Shown here: positions 62,663 through 64,000 of the stretch, piece by piece
Numbering within the stretch: the stretch's first letter is position 1
How the letters are laid out: each line of letters begins with the position of its first letter
Assembly (NCBI GenBank): GCA_963812605.1
Contig: CAWEWF010000008.1
Location: 1 to 64,000 of the forward strand
Direction of reading: 5' to 3'
DNA length: 64,000 nt
Source: an uncultured Verrucomicrobiae bacterium
GTDB lineage: Bacteria > Verrucomicrobiota > Verrucomicrobiia > Palsa-1439
Program-made: the position numbers and the translations under genes
The notes under the pieces: generated by a model
Database searches by the model: none
What the model saw: only the letters and a program-made list of their open reading frames with translations
Told to the model about the DNA's origin: nothing

Positions 62663-64000
62663 ATGACCATCGCGGCGAAACACGGGAAGTCGCATTTCAA
62701 GTTGGTTCTTCCGTCGGTCGTCTTCCTGGTGTCAGTGGTTTTATCAGGCTGCGCCAGCGGCCCCGTCTCGGGGCCAACGCCTTCTGCGACTGCGTCGCCC
62801 TTCATCAAGGTCGCCCGCACAAGCAACGGTTACTTCTTCCAGCGCGGCACGAATCTCTTTTATTCGCTGGGCGTCTGCGTGGTCATTCCCGAGGAAACCT
62901 GGCCGGATCAGCCCGAATTCGCGAAGCGAAAAGCCCTGGGCTCCTATGATGGTCTCCGCCGTTTCGGCTCCGACACCCAGGCGTGGGCGCGCGCCACCGT
63001 TACGCGATTGGAATCGTGGGGATTCAATACCGCCGGCGCTTGGTGCAGCGAGGACCTGTACCAACAGCCGATGTATCACGCGCGGGTGGTGTGGTTTTCC
63101 CAGCCAGGCCCCAATGAAGACCGCCTCATTGATGTCTTCACCACTGATTACGAAAAGGCGATCGAGCAAGTGGCCCTCGAGCAGGTGGCGCCGCACAAAG
63201 ACGATCGCTGGTTGATCGGCTGGTTCCTCAATAATGAATTGCCCTGGTATGGTACCCACGGTTGGCCGGAAGATCCGAACCATTCTTTGTTCGACCGCTA
63301 CCTCGCCCTGCCCGCCAGCGCGCCGGGTCGGGTGGAGTTGATTCGCTTTCTTCATGAACAGTACGCGGACATCGCCGCCTTGAAGGCCGAGTGGGATACA
63401 CCGGCGAACACATGGGCAGACCTGGAGAATCGTTCCGTCCTGCCCCCCAAAAGCCGCGCGGCCAAACGCCTGAAATATGCGTGGGCCGGACGGGTTGCGG
63501 ACCGCTATTTCTCGATGTGTGTTGCCAGCATCCGGCGTCATGATTCGAATCATCTGATCCTCGGCTGCCGCTTTGCCGTCAAACCGCCGCGAGCGGTCGT
63601 CGAGGCGCTCGCGAAGTACACCGATGTCGTCAGCGTGAACATGTACTCGAAAAGTGGCAAAGTGGATCTCGGATACCTGCGCGATGTTTACGCGCTGACA
63701 AAAAAACCCGTCTTGATCACCGAGTTTTCCTGGCGCGCCACGGAAAACAGTTCGGGCGATACGAATACCGAAGGGGCCGAAGTCACCGTGGATACGCAAG
63801 CGGACCGCGCCGAACGCTATCGCGCCTTCGTCAGCACCATTGCCCAGGAGCCGTACATCATGGGCTCACACTGGTTTCAATATATGGATCAGCCCCCCGC
63901 CGGCCGCTGGATTGATGGTGAAAATTCCAATTACGGGATCGTGGACATTCATGACCAGCCCTACGAGAAACTGGTCGCGGCCATGACGGAAACCCATCAA
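62663..64000 (+). CDS. GH50-like (beta-agarase family, clan GH-A) glycoside hydrolase lipoprotein, runs off the window end
   Basis: Translated by hand: LSGC lipobox, RLESWGFNTAGAW, DDRWLIGWFLNNELPW, NHLILGCRF, DVVSVNMY, PVLITEF, HWFQYMDQP..GR..DGENSNYGIVD. Confidence 0.82.
   Translation, partial: MTIAAKHGKSHFKLVLPSVVFLVSVVLSGCASGPVSGPTPSATASPFIKVARTSNGYFFQRGTNLFYSLGVCVVIPEETWPDQPEFAKRKALGSYDGLRRFGSDTQAWARATVTRLESWGFNTAGAWCSEDLYQQPMYHARVVWFSQPGPNEDRLIDVFTTDYEKAIEQVALEQVAPHKDDRWLIGWFLNNELPWYGTHGWPEDPNHSLFDRYLALPASAPGRVELIRFLHEQYADIAALKAEWDTPANTWADLENRSVLPPKSRAAKRLKYAWAGRVADRYFSMCVASIRRHDSNHLILGCRFAVKPPRAVVEALAKYTDVVSVNMYSKSGKVDLGYLRDVYALTKKPVLITEFSWRATENSSGDTNTEGAEVTVDTQADRAERYRAFVSTIAQEPYIMGSHWFQYMDQPPAGRWIDGENSNYGIVDIHDQPYEKLVAAMTETHQ

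Overview
GC-rich bacterial DNA with many single-base frameshifts in otherwise intact genes, which looks like an unpolished long-read assembly or MAG. Bases 1 to about 5445 look alphaproteobacterial: csbD, a 28-aa membrane peptide, two transglutaminase-like genes, ROSE-preceded ibpA and an internal gene fragment. They join abruptly to about 58 kb that looks like Verrucomicrobia/PVC, judged by PEP-CTERM proteins, exosortases, a DUF1559-type prepilin, FYR-ending secreted proteins and GTAG-type REPs. That part carries a UDP-glucuronate decarboxylase, a CBA heavy-metal RND pump, a truncated SNF2 helicase, an exosortase-EpsI-priming glycosyltransferase operon, a decayed AAA-ATPase/HNH (Septu-like) pair, redoxins, a second exosortase, an 11-kb oxidoreductase/hydrolase island, dppA and dppBC, and a LacI-controlled glycan-utilisation locus ending in a GH50-like lipoprotein that runs off the window. 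Most interesting: (1) a LacI regulon with a duplicated two-operator promoter driving paralogous CBM-like surface proteins with different C-terminal sorting signals, a pilin-like protein and a GH50, with no TonB receptor visible; (2) a bacterial GT-C protein resembling the eukaryotic DPY19 C-mannosyltransferase plus two TMTC-like proteins, suggesting eukaryote-like protein glycosylation; (3) a repeated promoter-bearing intergenic element with conserved 5' and 3' blocks and a REP-filled middle. All family calls come from motif recognition by eye; no database searches were run.
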